A stretch of DNA of 64,000 nt from Candidatus Thorarchaeota archaeon (GTDB lineage Archaea > Asgardarchaeota > Thorarchaeia > Thorarchaeales > Thorarchaeaceae), in contig RDOC01000003.1 in assembly GCA_011364985.1 (NCBI GenBank), forward strand, positions 64,001 through 128,000, given 5' to 3'. The notes below the pieces were generated by a model that did no database searches, had not been told where the DNA came from, and was given only the letters and a program-made list of their open reading frames with translations. Position numbers and translations under genes: made by a program. This document shows positions 27,157 to 37,906 of the stretch, piece by piece (the first letter of the stretch is position 1; every line of letters begins with the position of its first letter).

Positions 27157-28660
27157 TCACCTCGAACAGCCTTTGAACTATGTGTTCTGTAGGCGGCGGA
27201 GAATCAAAATCAGCCAATTCGGATCCGTATTTTGCAACAATTCCTATAAGCTCGGAGTATTCACGGCGTTTCTTAACGTTTCTAGCTGCTGCTCCGCCTG
27301 AGGATACCTTCTTACTAAGAAATCGTCCGAGGACCTTCAGAAGCAATGATGTCTCTCTTTCAATTTCCATAATATGAGCCAATGATTGCTTGCCAGTTGC
27401 TCGATAGGGTATCCTAGTTGATGACACATTCAAGAATAGCGCAGCCGGTTGAGGCTTTGAGAAACCATACCTGCGCCAGCTAGTCTGTCTAACCACCTTC
27501 GTAAAAATATCCTCACTTGCATCGTATAGTAAGGGAACACGGTTCGCCATTCTATATAGAGTAGGTGTATCAGACACAGAAAATGAATCCCCTACTGCCA
27601 ATACGCCTTCAAGTATGACAGGGTTCCCTTGCCACTCAAACACACCCTGACGTCCATAGGATAAGAAGCTCGTATTGAATGTGGAACGTACTCCTGCAGT
27701 AAATGATGCTTCGCCAATTGGACTTAGACATTTGCTATCCGGACTACAGAACCCATCATAGTGACGCATGCCTTGACATAATCGAGAGATATCTTGACGC
27801 GTTAGTACATCAAGTGGAGTTTTCGGATCAATGTTCATGAACGCAAGAAGTTTTGACGCAGTTCTTGTTCCCAATTGTTGAAAGGATGTGACCAAGAAAT
27901 CGCGAATTGTAGTACTCTCACACTCATTCAGGAGTCTTTGTATGAGTTCAACATCGACAGCCCTTGGATGAGGTTTCACAGGAATAGATGTCTTTGGTGC
28001 CTCACTTGTCCAAGGCCCTATACAACCCTGGATTTCATCGTCTATGTTGAATATAATACGTGCATTTGGCGTGCCAACTGTGGTTAGGCGAAGGTATTCC
28101 AGAACTCGTTCTTGTGCACGTTTGAGATCGCCTTTGAAGCATATACTCACGGAAGTTCCCAAGGAATGTTGTCTCTTCGTGGTTTCGCTCAGCAGGATGG
28201 GAGCATTCTTTTCAATATCAATGAGGAGTCGGTAAGCCCTTCCTAGCCCTTCACCGAATCGAGTACAAATCAGAACTGGAGAGTCGGTTGTGATTTGACC
28301 ATAAAGGATAGCCATTGTCACTCCGAGACCAAATGTACCCCGCTTTTGCCTTCGTTCGTATTTGCTACCATAGAGTATCCTTCCAAAGGCTTGAGCAACC
28401 TCATCGTAGGGCAAACCAGTTCCATTGTCCTTAACAGTGACGGTGACATTATCCGAGTCCTCATCGACTATCTTGATACGTATCTCTGGCGCTTTGCCAG
28501 CATCTTCGCATGCATCAAGGCCGTTTTCAATTAGTTCTCTTACTGTTGAGTATACGGCTTGTGTAGGATTACCAAAGCCGGCCATCTGACGATTTCGATA
28601 GAAGAATTCAGCAGGAGATATGCCTGAGAACTTTTGGACCGATCGCTCTTGGGAACTCAT
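27143..28660 (-). CDS. top6B: DNA topoisomerase VI subunit B
   Basis: ISPAEFFYRN, RELIENGLDA, DNGTG GHKL motifs, KPHP, ANRVPLLY, IPY...GKQS. Confidence 0.94.
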   Translation of the reverse strand: MSSQERSVQKFSGISPAEFFYRNRQMAGFGNPTQAVYSTVRELIENGLDACEDAGKAPEIRIKIVDEDSDNVTVTVKDNGTGLPYDEVAQAFGRILYGSKYERRQKRGTFGLGVTMAILYGQITTDSPVLICTRFGEGLGRAYRLLIDIEKNAPILLSETTKRQHSLGTSVSICFKGDLKRAQERVLEYLRLTTVGTPNARIIFNIDDEIQGCIGPWTSEAPKTSIPVKPHPRAVDVELIQRLLNECESTTIRDFLVTSFQQLGTRTASKLLAFMNIDPKTPLDVLTRQDISRLCQGMRHYDGFCSPDSKCLSPIGEASFTAGVRSTFNTSFLSYGRQGVFEWQGNPVILEGVLAVGDSFSVSDTPTLYRMANRVPLLYDASEDIFTKVVRQTSWRRYGFSKPQPAALFLNVSSTRIPYRATGKQSLAHIMEIERETSLLLKVLGRFLSKKVSSGGAAARNVKKRREYSELIGIVAKYGSELADFDSPPPTEHIVQRLFEVSEDE

Positions 28661-28719
28661 CGTATTCAGAAACTGAGATGTGGTCTATTGATATTAGAGC
28701 AGGTATTACACGGCGCGAT

Positions 28720-29286
28720 TCAAAGGTCTGTATTCTCCCATAACTCGGTCTGGGCACGTTTCATGTGACGTCTCATACGTTCAAGCTGGGAGTACACAGC
28801 ACTGTGTGGAGCCCCGCCAATGAGCATATTTACAGCTCTCTGAGCATAGTCGATGCCGGGGTCAAAGCCTATAATTGAAACTGTCCTTCCATACACTGCA
28901 ATCTTTGTTTCTGTGATTTCCTCAATAACACGACGAGTACGACCACTTTCACCAATGATCCGTCCAGCGACTCGCTTGAGTTGATTTGCAGACGTTCCAA
29001 CGGATTCCCGTAGTGAGATAACTATTAATCTTGCATCTTCATCTATAAGCCCGAGAGCGTTCTTTGGACTGAACCCACGAGCCATTGCGCGTACTATGTC
29101 CTTGGCCTTCCAAGCAAGAACTGGGTCGTCGGTACTATCTGAGCCAGTGATTGTTACAAGACCCTCGGAGCCAACCTCAATTATAGTATTTGTAAGCTGT
29201 TCCACTCTTCGCTTTACTTTGCCATTACGACCGACGATTACTCCCACTCTATCAACAGGAACCCTGAGAGTTTCGTGATATATCAT
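28720..29286 (-). CDS. KH-domain ribosome-biogenesis protein (Pno1/Dim2)
   Basis: RVGVIVGRNG, ARGFSP, GRIIGESGRTR, GAPHSAVY. Confidence 0.9.
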   Translation of the reverse strand: MIYHETLRVPVDRVGVIVGRNGKVKRRVEQLTNTIIEVGSEGLVTITGSDSTDDPVLAWKAKDIVRAMARGFSPKNALGLIDEDARLIVISLRESVGTSANQLKRVAGRIIGESGRTRRVIEEITETKIAVYGRTVSIIGFDPGIDYAQRAVNMLIGGAPHSAVYSQLERMRRHMKRAQTELWENTDL

Positions 29287-30083
29287 TTGTTTTCACCAGA
29301 GGCTAGAATATGGTTTGTAATTATTTTCGGCTCTTCAGTGTCTACGCCCAGTTTTTTGAAGAAATTGCAGAGGTTTTGAATATCACGGTATAGATATTTG
29401 CTCGCATTATCATGACTCGTGAGAACAGATTGTGAAACGTCAATGATTATTGGTTGATTGAGCCATAGTATATTGTATTCACTAAGGTCTGCATGAACAA
29501 GATTCGCGGACTTATATGCCAATTCTACGAAACCAATAATCTCGTTAAATGTTTTGACAGGAGAGGGAATCGTGACATTTTTGAGTAGGGGAGCAGGTGT
29601 GACAGTCTTCTTGTCACCAATGAATTCCATTACGACTACATTTCGCTCAATATCAATTGGATGTGGTACAGGTACTCCTGCTTCGTAGAATCTCTGGAGG
29701 TTCTTGTACTCTTTCATAGCCCATTGAGGAATTAGTACTCTACTACGTCGCCGAACACGTCTGAACCTGGGGTCTCCGACGATATACTCAAGCATGAAAT
29801 CAGTCTCTGCTGTACTCATTCGATAAATCTTGACTGCAACAGGTGTCCCATCACCTGCCTCGCCTCTGTACACATTGGCTTCCTTTCCGGCACTTATTAC
29901 CCCATGGACCGCTTGTAGTACTCCGCGATTAAGAAGCTTGTAGAGAATTTTGAGTGTCGGAGGATCAATGACACCCTCAACGACCTTGAACTCATCAGAA
30001 TCCATGCGTCGTTTCATCTTTCGGCGGTCAAGCTCTGATAGAATTCGCTCATGTTCTTTTTCACCTCTATCCATCCAGAGCAC
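29283..30083 (-). CDS. rio1: serine/threonine kinase RIO1
   Basis: ISAGKEANVY, AVKIY, YIVGDPRF, LVHADLSEYNIL, IIDVSQSV. Confidence 0.93.
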   Translation of the reverse strand: MLWMDRGEKEHERILSELDRRKMKRRMDSDEFKVVEGVIDPPTLKILYKLLNRGVLQAVHGVISAGKEANVYRGEAGDGTPVAVKIYRMSTAETDFMLEYIVGDPRFRRVRRRSRVLIPQWAMKEYKNLQRFYEAGVPVPHPIDIERNVVVMEFIGDKKTVTPAPLLKNVTIPSPVKTFNEIIGFVELAYKSANLVHADLSEYNILWLNQPIIIDVSQSVLTSHDNASKYLYRDIQNLCNFFKKLGVDTEEPKIITNHILASGENK

Positions 30084-30154
30084 CTTATTTCCAGTAGAAG
30101 ATGAAGACTTTTTTCCGAACGGAGATACAATCGTACGAAGAAAAACATTGACTC

Positions 30155-30484
30155 CTAGAACATCTTGAGGAGACCTCGTTTATCCAGCCAATCCAGTTCA
30201 TTGCCTCTGTATCTATATACAACGTCACATTTCTCGTCGGTTTGAAAGTCCCAAGGAATGATAACGACGGTGTCACCCACACGCATCCATACTCGTTTCT
30301 TCATGCGACCAGGAATTCGACCTATTCGTATCTCTCCGTCTTCACATCTTACTCTAACTCTATCAAATCCAAGCATCTGAATGATGATGCCGAACATCTC
30401 ACCATCACCTCGATTGGGAGTACGTATTCTAACTAGCTCCTCGGGGGGAGAATCAGACCTATGACGTTTATCTTTACGAGACAC
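30155..30484 (-). CDS. eif1a: translation initiation factor aIF-1A
   Basis: CEDGEIRIGRIPGRMKKRVWMRVGDTV...PWDFQ; GTG 30484 follows a GGAGG SD. Confidence 0.94.
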   Translation of the reverse strand: MSRKDKRHRSDSPPEELVRIRTPNRGDGEMFGIIIQMLGFDRVRVRCEDGEIRIGRIPGRMKKRVWMRVGDTVVIIPWDFQTDEKCDVVYRYRGNELDWLDKRGLLKMF

Positions 30485-30589
30485 AATAAGCCTCCATTGA
30501 CTGGTCGAATCACAAAGATGATCGATCTGAAATGAGAATCCTGTGGGCACCATTTAAGCGTACCGAATAGCTCAGAAAACGCGAGACCA

Positions 30590-31672
30590 TCAGCTCGGTA
30601 GGGGAAGAATTCTTCCGCTGTAAGATAGAGCATAGATTGTATCCCCGGCAGCCACATTAGAAAGGAACACCGAGGAGTCGATTTCATGCATTTCAAAGGT
30701 CACAGAATCCATAAGTTGTATTGGTTGATTTTGCACCTTTGATACAATCATATACTGCCGCCTCTCGGAAGCCTCGGCTAGGAACTCGAGAGATCTCCAT
30801 TTTGAGCTCTTTTGATTAATTGTAAAGGAACAGCCATCAAGCAAATTGTAGCAGCCCAGTCCTCCCTTTCCCATGCTTACAACTTGGCATGGTGTACCTT
30901 CCACAAGCACAAAGTCGTTCTGAGAGAATCGCTGCAGCCTGATAAGAATTGTAATTCTGTATTTCTTCTTTCCACCTCGATCCTGCCCAATGAGTTTGTA
31001 ATTCTCTTTTCGTTGAGCCAGAAAACCAGACTCCAACTGGTCTGCTATTCGTCTGCATAGATGTTCGGAGCCCACTTTGAAGTCAAGACCATACTTGTCT
31101 CTACTTGTCTCTATAACGAAAGCCCTTGCGTCATTCCCATATTCTGCAATTGTAAGGTCGGTTACGAGACCATGGATGACATCTTCTTCAGTTTCTGTCA
31201 AGATCCGATCATCTGCTCGAACTTGAAGAATGGCCTCGTGATATCCACCACTCATCATGGTACATGAGGCACAGGTACTAAACTCAAATCGTATCTCAAG
31301 TGGGTAAGATTCGTCATGGGTAGGTAGACTCGAATGTGATTTTCCTGACACGTTAAGACGAATGTGGGTAACTCGGTCCAGTTTTTTCTCCTCCACATAG
31401 GAGGTTTCCACCTCTAACCCTAGGATATTTGTTTCCTGTTCCAAGAGAATCTCAATCTGTCTATCAGTAATCTTATCTGGGTCAGATGAGAACGTTTGGA
31501 GTTTTATCCAGCCATCGGAAGTTCTTACTGCGCCGCACCGTCGGCAAGCTATGAGGGAGAGAGGAGACCTTACTTGAACTAAGGGATGCTTGTTTTGATA
31601 GCATCTGCTGCATAGTCCTTCTAGGACTGCCTCAGCTCCACATTCATAGCAGGGTGCAGTCAATATTTGCAA
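30590..31672 (-). CDS. NMD3-family ribosome-maturation protein
   Basis: four CxxC pairs, GGYHEAILQVR, GLDFKVGS, KLIGQDR.GKKKYRITI. Confidence 0.88.
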   Translation of the reverse strand: MQILTAPCYECGAEAVLEGLCSRCYQNKHPLVQVRSPLSLIACRRCGAVRTSDGWIKLQTFSSDPDKITDRQIEILLEQETNILGLEVETSYVEEKKLDRVTHIRLNVSGKSHSSLPTHDESYPLEIRFEFSTCASCTMMSGGYHEAILQVRADDRILTETEEDVIHGLVTDLTIAEYGNDARAFVIETSRDKYGLDFKVGSEHLCRRIADQLESGFLAQRKENYKLIGQDRGGKKKYRITILIRLQRFSQNDFVLVEGTPCQVVSMGKGGLGCYNLLDGCSFTINQKSSKWRSLEFLAEASERRQYMIVSKVQNQPIQLMDSVTFEMHEIDSSVFLSNVAAGDTIYALSYSGRILPLPS

Positions 31673-31864
31673 CCATCATATTTTCATCCGCTTCACCTTA
31701 AAATGTGGTGGATATAGCGAAGACACAATAAGGCAGATGAAATGCGATTAACAGAAGCTTTTTGTAACGCTCAGGTTTGTTCCTCATAGGCTTTCGGAAC
31801 ATAGTCAATTGCTGGCTTTTGACTGTTTCCAAGTCAATCATTCTGTTCTCAGGAGATTATCCAA

Positions 31865-32239
31865 ATGGCGATTGAAAAGGTGGCAATACCTGCAGAAAGC
31901 GAAGATGGGCTTAATAGCCTAGTAAGCGGCCACTTCGGCCAGGCGCCGGTCTTTGTCCTATCCACCATCAAAGATGGCGAAATATCTGAAATTGAGCTGT
32001 TCAGCAATTCGATTCATAACGGCTGTGCAGGATTGATCCAAAATCTGGTCGATAGAGGCGTTCAAATACTGATAACTCAGGGTATGGGAAGGCGTCCATA
32101 TATCATGGCTAAGGAGGCAGGAATTCCCATCATTCGTGCAGTAGGATCCACAGTGAATGAAGCAATTGAGAATTACATGAGAGGTACGACGACGCAAGTG
32201 GACGATAATGACCTCTGCAGTCGTGGAAAAGCGCCCTGA
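31865..32239 (+). CDS. NifB/NifX-family cofactor-binding protein
   Basis: KVAIP, VSGHFGQAPVF, GV..LIT.GMG.R. Confidence 0.87.
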   Translation: MAIEKVAIPAESEDGLNSLVSGHFGQAPVFVLSTIKDGEISEIELFSNSIHNGCAGLIQNLVDRGVQILITQGMGRRPYIMAKEAGIPIIRAVGSTVNEAIENYMRGTTTQVDDNDLCSRGKAP

Positions 32240-32244
32240 GAAAG

Positions 32245-32547
32245 TCACAGCTTGACCCATTGAGCGTGCGGATGACCTGCAATGTAACCAACAGCCTGTT
32301 CATGAACAAACCCTGCGTTTATGGCAGCGTTAACACTGATCGGGCCCACCATATTTGCTATTGTTGCACGATTGAGATGACTAATGCATGACTTAACGTC
32401 AACGAGGTCTTCCCCATAGAACTCCTTGGAAACCGTGAATTCCACCTTGCCCTCTACGAAAGTCTTGCCTAGTAAATCCTCATCACATATTGCCACAATG
32501 TAGTGACCATCGTGTGTTTCCCGTACACGCATATACACCAAATTCAT
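32245..32547 (-). CDS. DUF424-family protein
   Basis: IVAICDEDLLGK.F.EG, EFYGE, ATIANMVG, HAQ; start placed at ATG 32547. Confidence 0.85.
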   Translation of the reverse strand: MNLVYMRVRETHDGHYIVAICDEDLLGKTFVEGKVEFTVSKEFYGEDLVDVKSCISHLNRATIANMVGPISVNAAINAGFVHEQAVGYIAGHPHAQWVKL

Positions 32548-32560
32548 GGCCAGTTCACCA

Positions 32561-32974
32561 CTAGACCGGTCTAATAGATGTTCGGGCACCGCAGGCGCTG
32601 CATAGAAGGTAGTACGCGCCGCTTTCCTTTGAGGTATCGGTATCTGGACGACCGCAGACAGGGCAGATAACGTAGGAATCAATGTAACGCTCTAGAACAT
32701 CCTCAATCTGGTTTGATGTGAACTTACCGTTGAAAATGGCATTGCTGCCCTCGATAGTTCCAGCTGTTGCCAATTGGCCTGATACGTATTTGAGGACTTC
32801 TTTTCCAGATCGATTTAGAATCATGATGATTTCCTGAAAGTTCTGCCACATGCTCCTGTTTCCTTGTACCATTAGCTGGATTTTCGGGACTTGAAACCTC
32901 TCGCCTGATCTCTTGAATGCGTCCTCAGGTACTTGTGAACGTGCTCTATCAAGTATTTTCTCGTAATCGTCCAT
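32561..32974 (-). CDS. eif2b: translation initiation factor aIF-2 beta
   Basis: YEKILDRA, ERFQVP, YVICPVCGRPDT...CSACGA zinc ribbon. Confidence 0.94.
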   Translation of the reverse strand: MDDYEKILDRARSQVPEDAFKRSGERFQVPKIQLMVQGNRSMWQNFQEIIMILNRSGKEVLKYVSGQLATAGTIEGSNAIFNGKFTSNQIEDVLERYIDSYVICPVCGRPDTDTSKESGAYYLLCSACGARTSIRPV

Positions 32975-33034
32975 GGTTCAATTCTCTCCGGCTGTTGCTA
33001 TTAAGATGTCGTTCTCTGCGAAACAACTGGTGCA

Positions 33035-33736
33035 TTAACCATTCATCAGAAGATATCTGCCGGTTTCCACCTCTCTTAGCAGATCTCGGTCACAAAGCGC
33101 GATTACTCGTAGATTGATTTCTACTTTGTCATAATCTCGTTCAGCGAAGAATTCTGCGATATCATTTATCGAGACTCCTTGTGGAGTAGTATGTAGCTCA
33201 ACATATTGTAGTATTTGCTTGTCGATTTTCCTCAAACCAGAGCCACTTGTAACTCTGGTAGTCTGGGCCATATCCGTTGGAGATGATGTTGCATCTAAGA
33301 GCGTCTCCTCCAAATCGGATGTGATTGGAGATGTAATTCCGCTTCGAGTAAGCAGAGCATGATATCGTTCCATAAGATGGAGCGACATATAGTTGGGATC
33401 ATCCAGTTCTCGAATAATTTCGGGAACAAGATAGATTTCGCTCTCATATTCTCGGATTTTTCCAACGAACAATGCCAGTTTGTTTGCTTCGATCTTTTCG
33501 AGGGCGCTGGCTTCCGTACCCCAAGCCTTTGCCTTAATTGTTTCAGTTCCATCATCGATTGTGATGCTGGCGAAATTTCCCTGTCCGACATATCGATCAA
33601 TTATGAAACCAACAAGTGCAACACGTCTCAATTCGACACCATAGGGCGAAATCACATGTGGTCCATTCTCGCTTCCAAACGTGCCGTTTACAATATCAGC
33701 TACATTGGATCGTACAGCTGTCATTCTCTCTCTCAT
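33035..33736 (-). CDS. RPA32-like OB-fold ssDNA-binding protein with C-terminal winged helix
   Basis: RRVALVGFI, SITIDDGTETI, VGKIREY....YLVPE; C-terminal wH-like segment ending LREVETGRY. Confidence 0.8.
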   Translation of the reverse strand: MRERMTAVRSNVADIVNGTFGSENGPHVISPYGVELRRVALVGFIIDRYVGQGNFASITIDDGTETIKAKAWGTEASALEKIEANKLALFVGKIREYESEIYLVPEIIRELDDPNYMSLHLMERYHALLTRSGITSPITSDLEETLLDATSSPTDMAQTTRVTSGSGLRKIDKQILQYVELHTTPQGVSINDIAEFFAERDYDKVEINLRVIALCDRDLLREVETGRYLLMNG

Positions 33737-33799
33737 TGACCAAGGTCACCTATCTGCAACAATTCTCTTACATTTTGCTATTTATCGTTCACGGACAAG

Positions 33800-34834
33800 C
33801 TAGAAAAAGTCCGTCAGGGAACTCTGCTCTGTGGAATCACGCAGCTCCTCAAGAGCTTTTTGAAGACGCTGGAGAGAGGACTCCACCCTGCTCAGACTGA
33901 AGTCATGTTCGTTGCACAGGATTCGCATCAAGTTGTCCTTGTCAAAATCATGCCATTTTGGTTTTGATATATCCGCCTTTGGGGGATTCAAGAAGATATT
34001 ACGAATCTCATCATAGGGAAAATTGTATTGAATATCTTCTGCCGCTTCAATCCCTTCAATATCCAAATGTTTCTTGATAAGCTTCAAAGCAGTCTTAGGT
34101 CCTATTCCTTTGACTCCGTCGTTGTAGTCTGTTCCCACCAGAATAGCGATGTCAATGAGTTGCTCCCTTGTAATTCCTAACAGCCTGAGATTCATATCCA
34201 AATCAACAAGTTCAGGATGAACTGCCTTATAGGATCCAGACCTAGATGCACGTCTCCTGCCAGATATTGTGAGATTTCGTACCAACCGAGGGCAATTGTA
34301 AAGAAAAGAGTCGTTGTCCTGACTCGCTGACGCCCATGCTATATTGGCGCGTGTCATTTGGGCAGCTAGAGCCTCCCCTTCGGAGGGCGCCTGAATAACC
34401 GGGATGCCAAGGGCTGCCAAGAGATTCTTGCTCTCTTCGATCATGGATGTGGTAAGACGCGAACTGGCTTGGGCAGCCTTTCGAGCATCCTCTATCCGTC
34501 CCTCTTCTTTTGCGACCAGCCATTCTTCATAGGCTGCGTCTCTGATTTCCTTTCTCCTGTCCACCTCTGCAGCTTTCAGTTCAGGAGGTTTTCCATCGAA
34601 TACATAGACAGGACGAACACCAGCCTCGAGCAAGTTGAGGTTTCTATAGAAGAGACCTGATAGATGGCTAGTGACACGGCCTTTGCGGTCCATAAGGGGG
34701 GTTCCATCCGGCTGCCGAATGCTAGAAAGAAAGGCGTAGACTGTGTTAAAGGCATCAAATGCAATCACTCGGTCTTTCAGGTCATTCAGCGAGATGATTT
34801 CTGCCTTCATTATGTCGGCTAGCTTAGTGCCCAT
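33800..34834 (-). CDS. fen1: flap endonuclease 1
   Basis: IRQPDGTPLMD, TSHLSGLFYR, APSEGEA, SQD.DS, GTDYN.GVKGIGPK, PIP box QSSLTDFF. Confidence 0.97.
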   Translation of the reverse strand: MGTKLADIMKAEIISLNDLKDRVIAFDAFNTVYAFLSSIRQPDGTPLMDRKGRVTSHLSGLFYRNLNLLEAGVRPVYVFDGKPPELKAAEVDRRKEIRDAAYEEWLVAKEEGRIEDARKAAQASSRLTTSMIEESKNLLAALGIPVIQAPSEGEALAAQMTRANIAWASASQDNDSFLYNCPRLVRNLTISGRRRASRSGSYKAVHPELVDLDMNLRLLGITREQLIDIAILVGTDYNDGVKGIGPKTALKLIKKHLDIEGIEAAEDIQYNFPYDEIRNIFLNPPKADISKPKWHDFDKDNLMRILCNEHDFSLSRVESSLQRLQKALEELRDSTEQSSLTDFF

Positions 34835-34999
34835 TTTTGCTCGCCACCATCTGACGGAAGTAGATTATTAGAACAGAGCATATATGGATTGGCAAGAGGC
34901 TTCATCATATTTCGACACTTCGGCAAGTTTATAAAAACCTCAAAGATGGCGACATGAGACCCATAGGGGATAACTCACTCTGGTGATAATTTGTCTAGC

Positions 35000-35167
35000 A
35001 TGAGAGCTATACGATGTACTTCGTGCCACCGGTCGATTTCTCCGCAGGAGAATAGTGTGAAATTTCAGTGCCCTTCTTGCGGCGAATTTGTCATTTGGCG
35101 TTGTGAAGTATGCAGACGTTTCTCGGTCAAGTATACCTGCCCCAATTGTGCTTTTGAGGGACCATAA
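35000..35167 (+). CDS. small Cys-rich zinc-finger protein (DUF1610 type), not in the ORF track
   Basis: MRAIRCTSCHRSISPQENSVKFQCPSCGEFVIWRCEVCRRFSVKYTCPNCAFEGP; four CxxC; typical position before aEF-1beta; alternative TTG start at 34991. Confidence 0.88.
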   Translation: MRAIRCTSCHRSISPQENSVKFQCPSCGEFVIWRCEVCRRFSVKYTCPNCAFEGP

Positions 35168-35190
35168 ATCAAACAAGGAGTACACTGCTA

Positions 35191-35457
35191 ATGGCAAGAG
35201 TAGTAATCACATTGAAAATCATGCCCGAGGATGTTGATGTTGACCTAAATGGCCTTCTCGAGAAAATCAAAGCGGTTGTGCCAAAAGGAACTGATGTTGG
35301 CGCGACTGAGATCACCCCGGTGGCCTTTGGCTTAAACGCTCTTAGAATGAACGTGTCCAGAGAAGAGTCAATGGGTGGAACAGATGATATTGAAGCAGCA
35401 ATCAGCGAACTTGATGGTGTATCGCAAGTGGAAGTTGAACGTGTTTCCAGAATGTGA
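35191..35457 (+). CDS. ef1b: elongation factor aEF-1 beta
   Basis: KIMPEDVDVDL, PVAFGLNAL, GGTDDIE, GVSQVEV. Confidence 0.94.
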   Translation: MARVVITLKIMPEDVDVDLNGLLEKIKAVVPKGTDVGATEITPVAFGLNALRMNVSREESMGGTDDIEAAISELDGVSQVEVERVSRM

Positions 35458-35697
35458 GTTTCGCGCCACATGCTTCACTGTGATCATTCCTGCTTTGGTT
35501 GCTTGCTCAGGTTTATATCATTTCCAGAGTGATATTCATCAGTAACTTGGGAATTGGGTCCGTACCAGATGATATTCCCAGAGAAACACTAATCAACGGA
35601 TATTTGATTGAGGGAAGTGAAACGGAGCTACAGATGCCAAGAAACCCGTCCTGTTTCTGGATTATCAGGCATATAATCTGGAGGTTGTATTTAGACA

Positions 35698-37893
35698 TTG
35701 GTCGAAATCGTACTCAAAGTAACGGAAGCGGAACATCGAGACATTGGTAGGTTCATTGTACGTATAGATGCTATGTCCATGGAAAAACTAGGAGTCAGGA
35801 CAGGTGATATAATCCAGATCAAGGGAAAGAAGATCACGGCAGCTATTGCTTGGCCTGCCTATCAGGGTGACAAGGGAAGAGAGATAATCCGAATGGACGG
35901 CCGTATTCGAAGAAATGCGGGAGTTTCTCTTAGCGAAAAAGTCGCTGTTGCACGTGCAAATGAAGAACCAGCACGTAATGTGACCTTAGCGCCCACGTCA
36001 GTACCAATTCGTCCGGAGCCCAGATTTGAGGAGTTTGTTAAGCGAAAGCTGTTAAACTGCCCTGTTACTCTGAATGATACAGTATTCATTCCGATTCTTG
36101 GTAGAGCGATACCATTCAAAGTCACTTCAATAAAGCCAGCTGGAACTGTCGTTGTACAGCATTCTACAATGCTAACGATTGCTGAGAAGCCAACCGGAGA
36201 TATAATCAGTACTTCACAAGTGACATACGAAGAAATTGGAGGGCTCTCTGATGCAATTCAACGCATTAGAGAGATGGTAGAGCTTCCGATGAAACATCCA
36301 GAGATCTTCAAGAGATTAGGAATTGACCCGCCCCGAGGCCTCATCTTGCATGGGCCTCCTGGGACTGGCAAGACATTACTGGCAAAAGCCGTGGCGACGG
36401 AATCAGAGGCGAATTTTGTCCATATTAACGGGCCAGAGATTATGTCCAAGTTCTACGGTGAATCAGAACAGAAACTCAGGAAGATATTCGAAGAGGCAGA
36501 AGAAAACGCTCCCAGTATTATTTTCATTGACGAGTTGGACGCCATTGCACCAAAGCGTGAAGACGTTCAAGGAGAAGTCGAACGAAGGGTTGTTGCACAG
36601 CTTTTGGCCACCATGGATGGGCTGAAGACTCGTGGTCAGGTCATTGTAATCGGTGCGACGAATCGTGTAAATGCTCTCGACCCAGCCCTTAGACGTCCTG
36701 GAAGATTCGATAGAGAAATCGAGATTGGTGTTCCTGATGAGATTGGTCGCCTTCAGATACTACAAATTCATTCAAGAGGAATGCCACTCACATCCGAGGG
36801 GGACAAGGCGGTAAACCTCCAGAACCTCGCGAACACAACTCATGGTTTTGTAGGGGCGGATCTTCATGCCCTCTGCAGAGAAGCGGCTATGAAAGCCCTG
36901 AGAAGATATCTTCCCCAAATCAACCTAGAAGAGGAAGAGATTCCTGAAGAAGTGCTGGAGGAACTTGAGGTAAACAACGATGATTTCGTTGGAGCCCTGC
37001 GGGAAATCCAACCATCCGCGGTTAGGGAAGTATTCATCGAGATTCCTAATGTGAAGTGGGAAGATATTGGTGGACTAGAGGACATCAAACAGAAGTTGAT
37101 TGAAGTTGTTGAATGGCCCCTAAAGAAACCAGAATCATTCAGACGAGTAGGAATCACACCACCAAAAGGAGTATTGATTTGGGGTCCTCCGGGATGTGGA
37201 AAGACACTACTTGCCAAGGCAGTAGCAACCGAGTCGGAAGCAAATTTCATCAGCGTGAAAGGACCCGAATTGCTTTCAAAATGGGTTGGCGAGAGTGAGA
37301 AAGCAATTCGAGAGGTGTTCAGAAAGGCAAGAACAGCTGCGCCAGCAATAATATTCTTCGATGAGATTGACGCGCTAGCACCAATTCGAGGCAGAATCTC
37401 TGGAGATAGCGGTGTATCTGAGCGAGTCATGAGCCAATTGCTTACCGAGATGGATGGTCTTGAATCCATGAAAGATATTGTGGTACTTGCTGCAACAAAC
37501 CGCCCAAGACTCATTGACAGGGCTTTGCTTAGAAAGGGTCGTTTTGATCGCCACGTGAGAGTACGCCCTCCAAATGCTGATGGGCGAAGAGAGATATTCG
37601 AGATATATACGAGGGAAATGCCACTTGATGCAGACATCTCAATTAATAAGCTTGTACAGCTGACAGAGGGCTATACTGGAGGCGATATCGAATCCCTCTG
37701 CAAAGAAGCGGGGATGCATGCCCTAAGAGAGGACCTCCAAATCGAAATCGTATCATGGAGGCATTTTGACGCAGCCCTAAAGGAAACACCCCCATCTGTC
37801 ACTCCTGCAGACTTGGCAGAATATGACAAGATCGAGGAGGAATTCCAAAGAGCAGCTGCACAACCCATTGAGGCGCCGCCTGGATACATCTAA
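35698..37893 (+). CDS. cdc48: CDC48/VAT AAA+ ATPase
   Basis: N-domain plus two AAA modules ([14 protein letters not shown]; [14 protein letters not shown]), C-terminal GYI. Confidence 0.97.
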   Translation: MVEIVLKVTEAEHRDIGRFIVRIDAMSMEKLGVRTGDIIQIKGKKITAAIAWPAYQGDKGREIIRMDGRIRRNAGVSLSEKVAVARANEEPARNVTLAPTSVPIRPEPRFEEFVKRKLLNCPVTLNDTVFIPILGRAIPFKVTSIKPAGTVVVQHSTMLTIAEKPTGDIISTSQVTYEEIGGLSDAIQRIREMVELPMKHPEIFKRLGIDPPRGLILHGPPGTGKTLLAKAVATESEANFVHINGPEIMSKFYGESEQKLRKIFEEAEENAPSIIFIDELDAIAPKREDVQGEVERRVVAQLLATMDGLKTRGQVIVIGATNRVNALDPALRRPGRFDREIEIGVPDEIGRLQILQIHSRGMPLTSEGDKAVNLQNLANTTHGFVGADLHALCREAAMKALRRYLPQINLEEEEIPEEVLEELEVNNDDFVGALREIQPSAVREVFIEIPNVKWEDIGGLEDIKQKLIEVVEWPLKKPESFRRVGITPPKGVLIWGPPGCGKTLLAKAVATESEANFISVKGPELLSKWVGESEKAIREVFRKARTAAPAIIFFDEIDALAPIRGRISGDSGVSERVMSQLLTEMDGLESMKDIVVLAATNRPRLIDRALLRKGRFDRHVRVRPPNADGRREIFEIYTREMPLDADISINKLVQLTEGYTGGDIESLCKEAGMHALREDLQIEIVSWRHFDAALKETPPSVTPADLAEYDKIEEEFQRAAAQPIEAPPGYI

Positions 37894-37906
37894 GGAAGTG
37901 ATTGTG

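Noticed and set aside
36864-37637. Long antisense ORFs (also 2251-2898, 5279-5854, 58452-59045 and others)
   Set aside because: Shadow frames of highly conserved genes, with Ser-rich, unprotein-like composition
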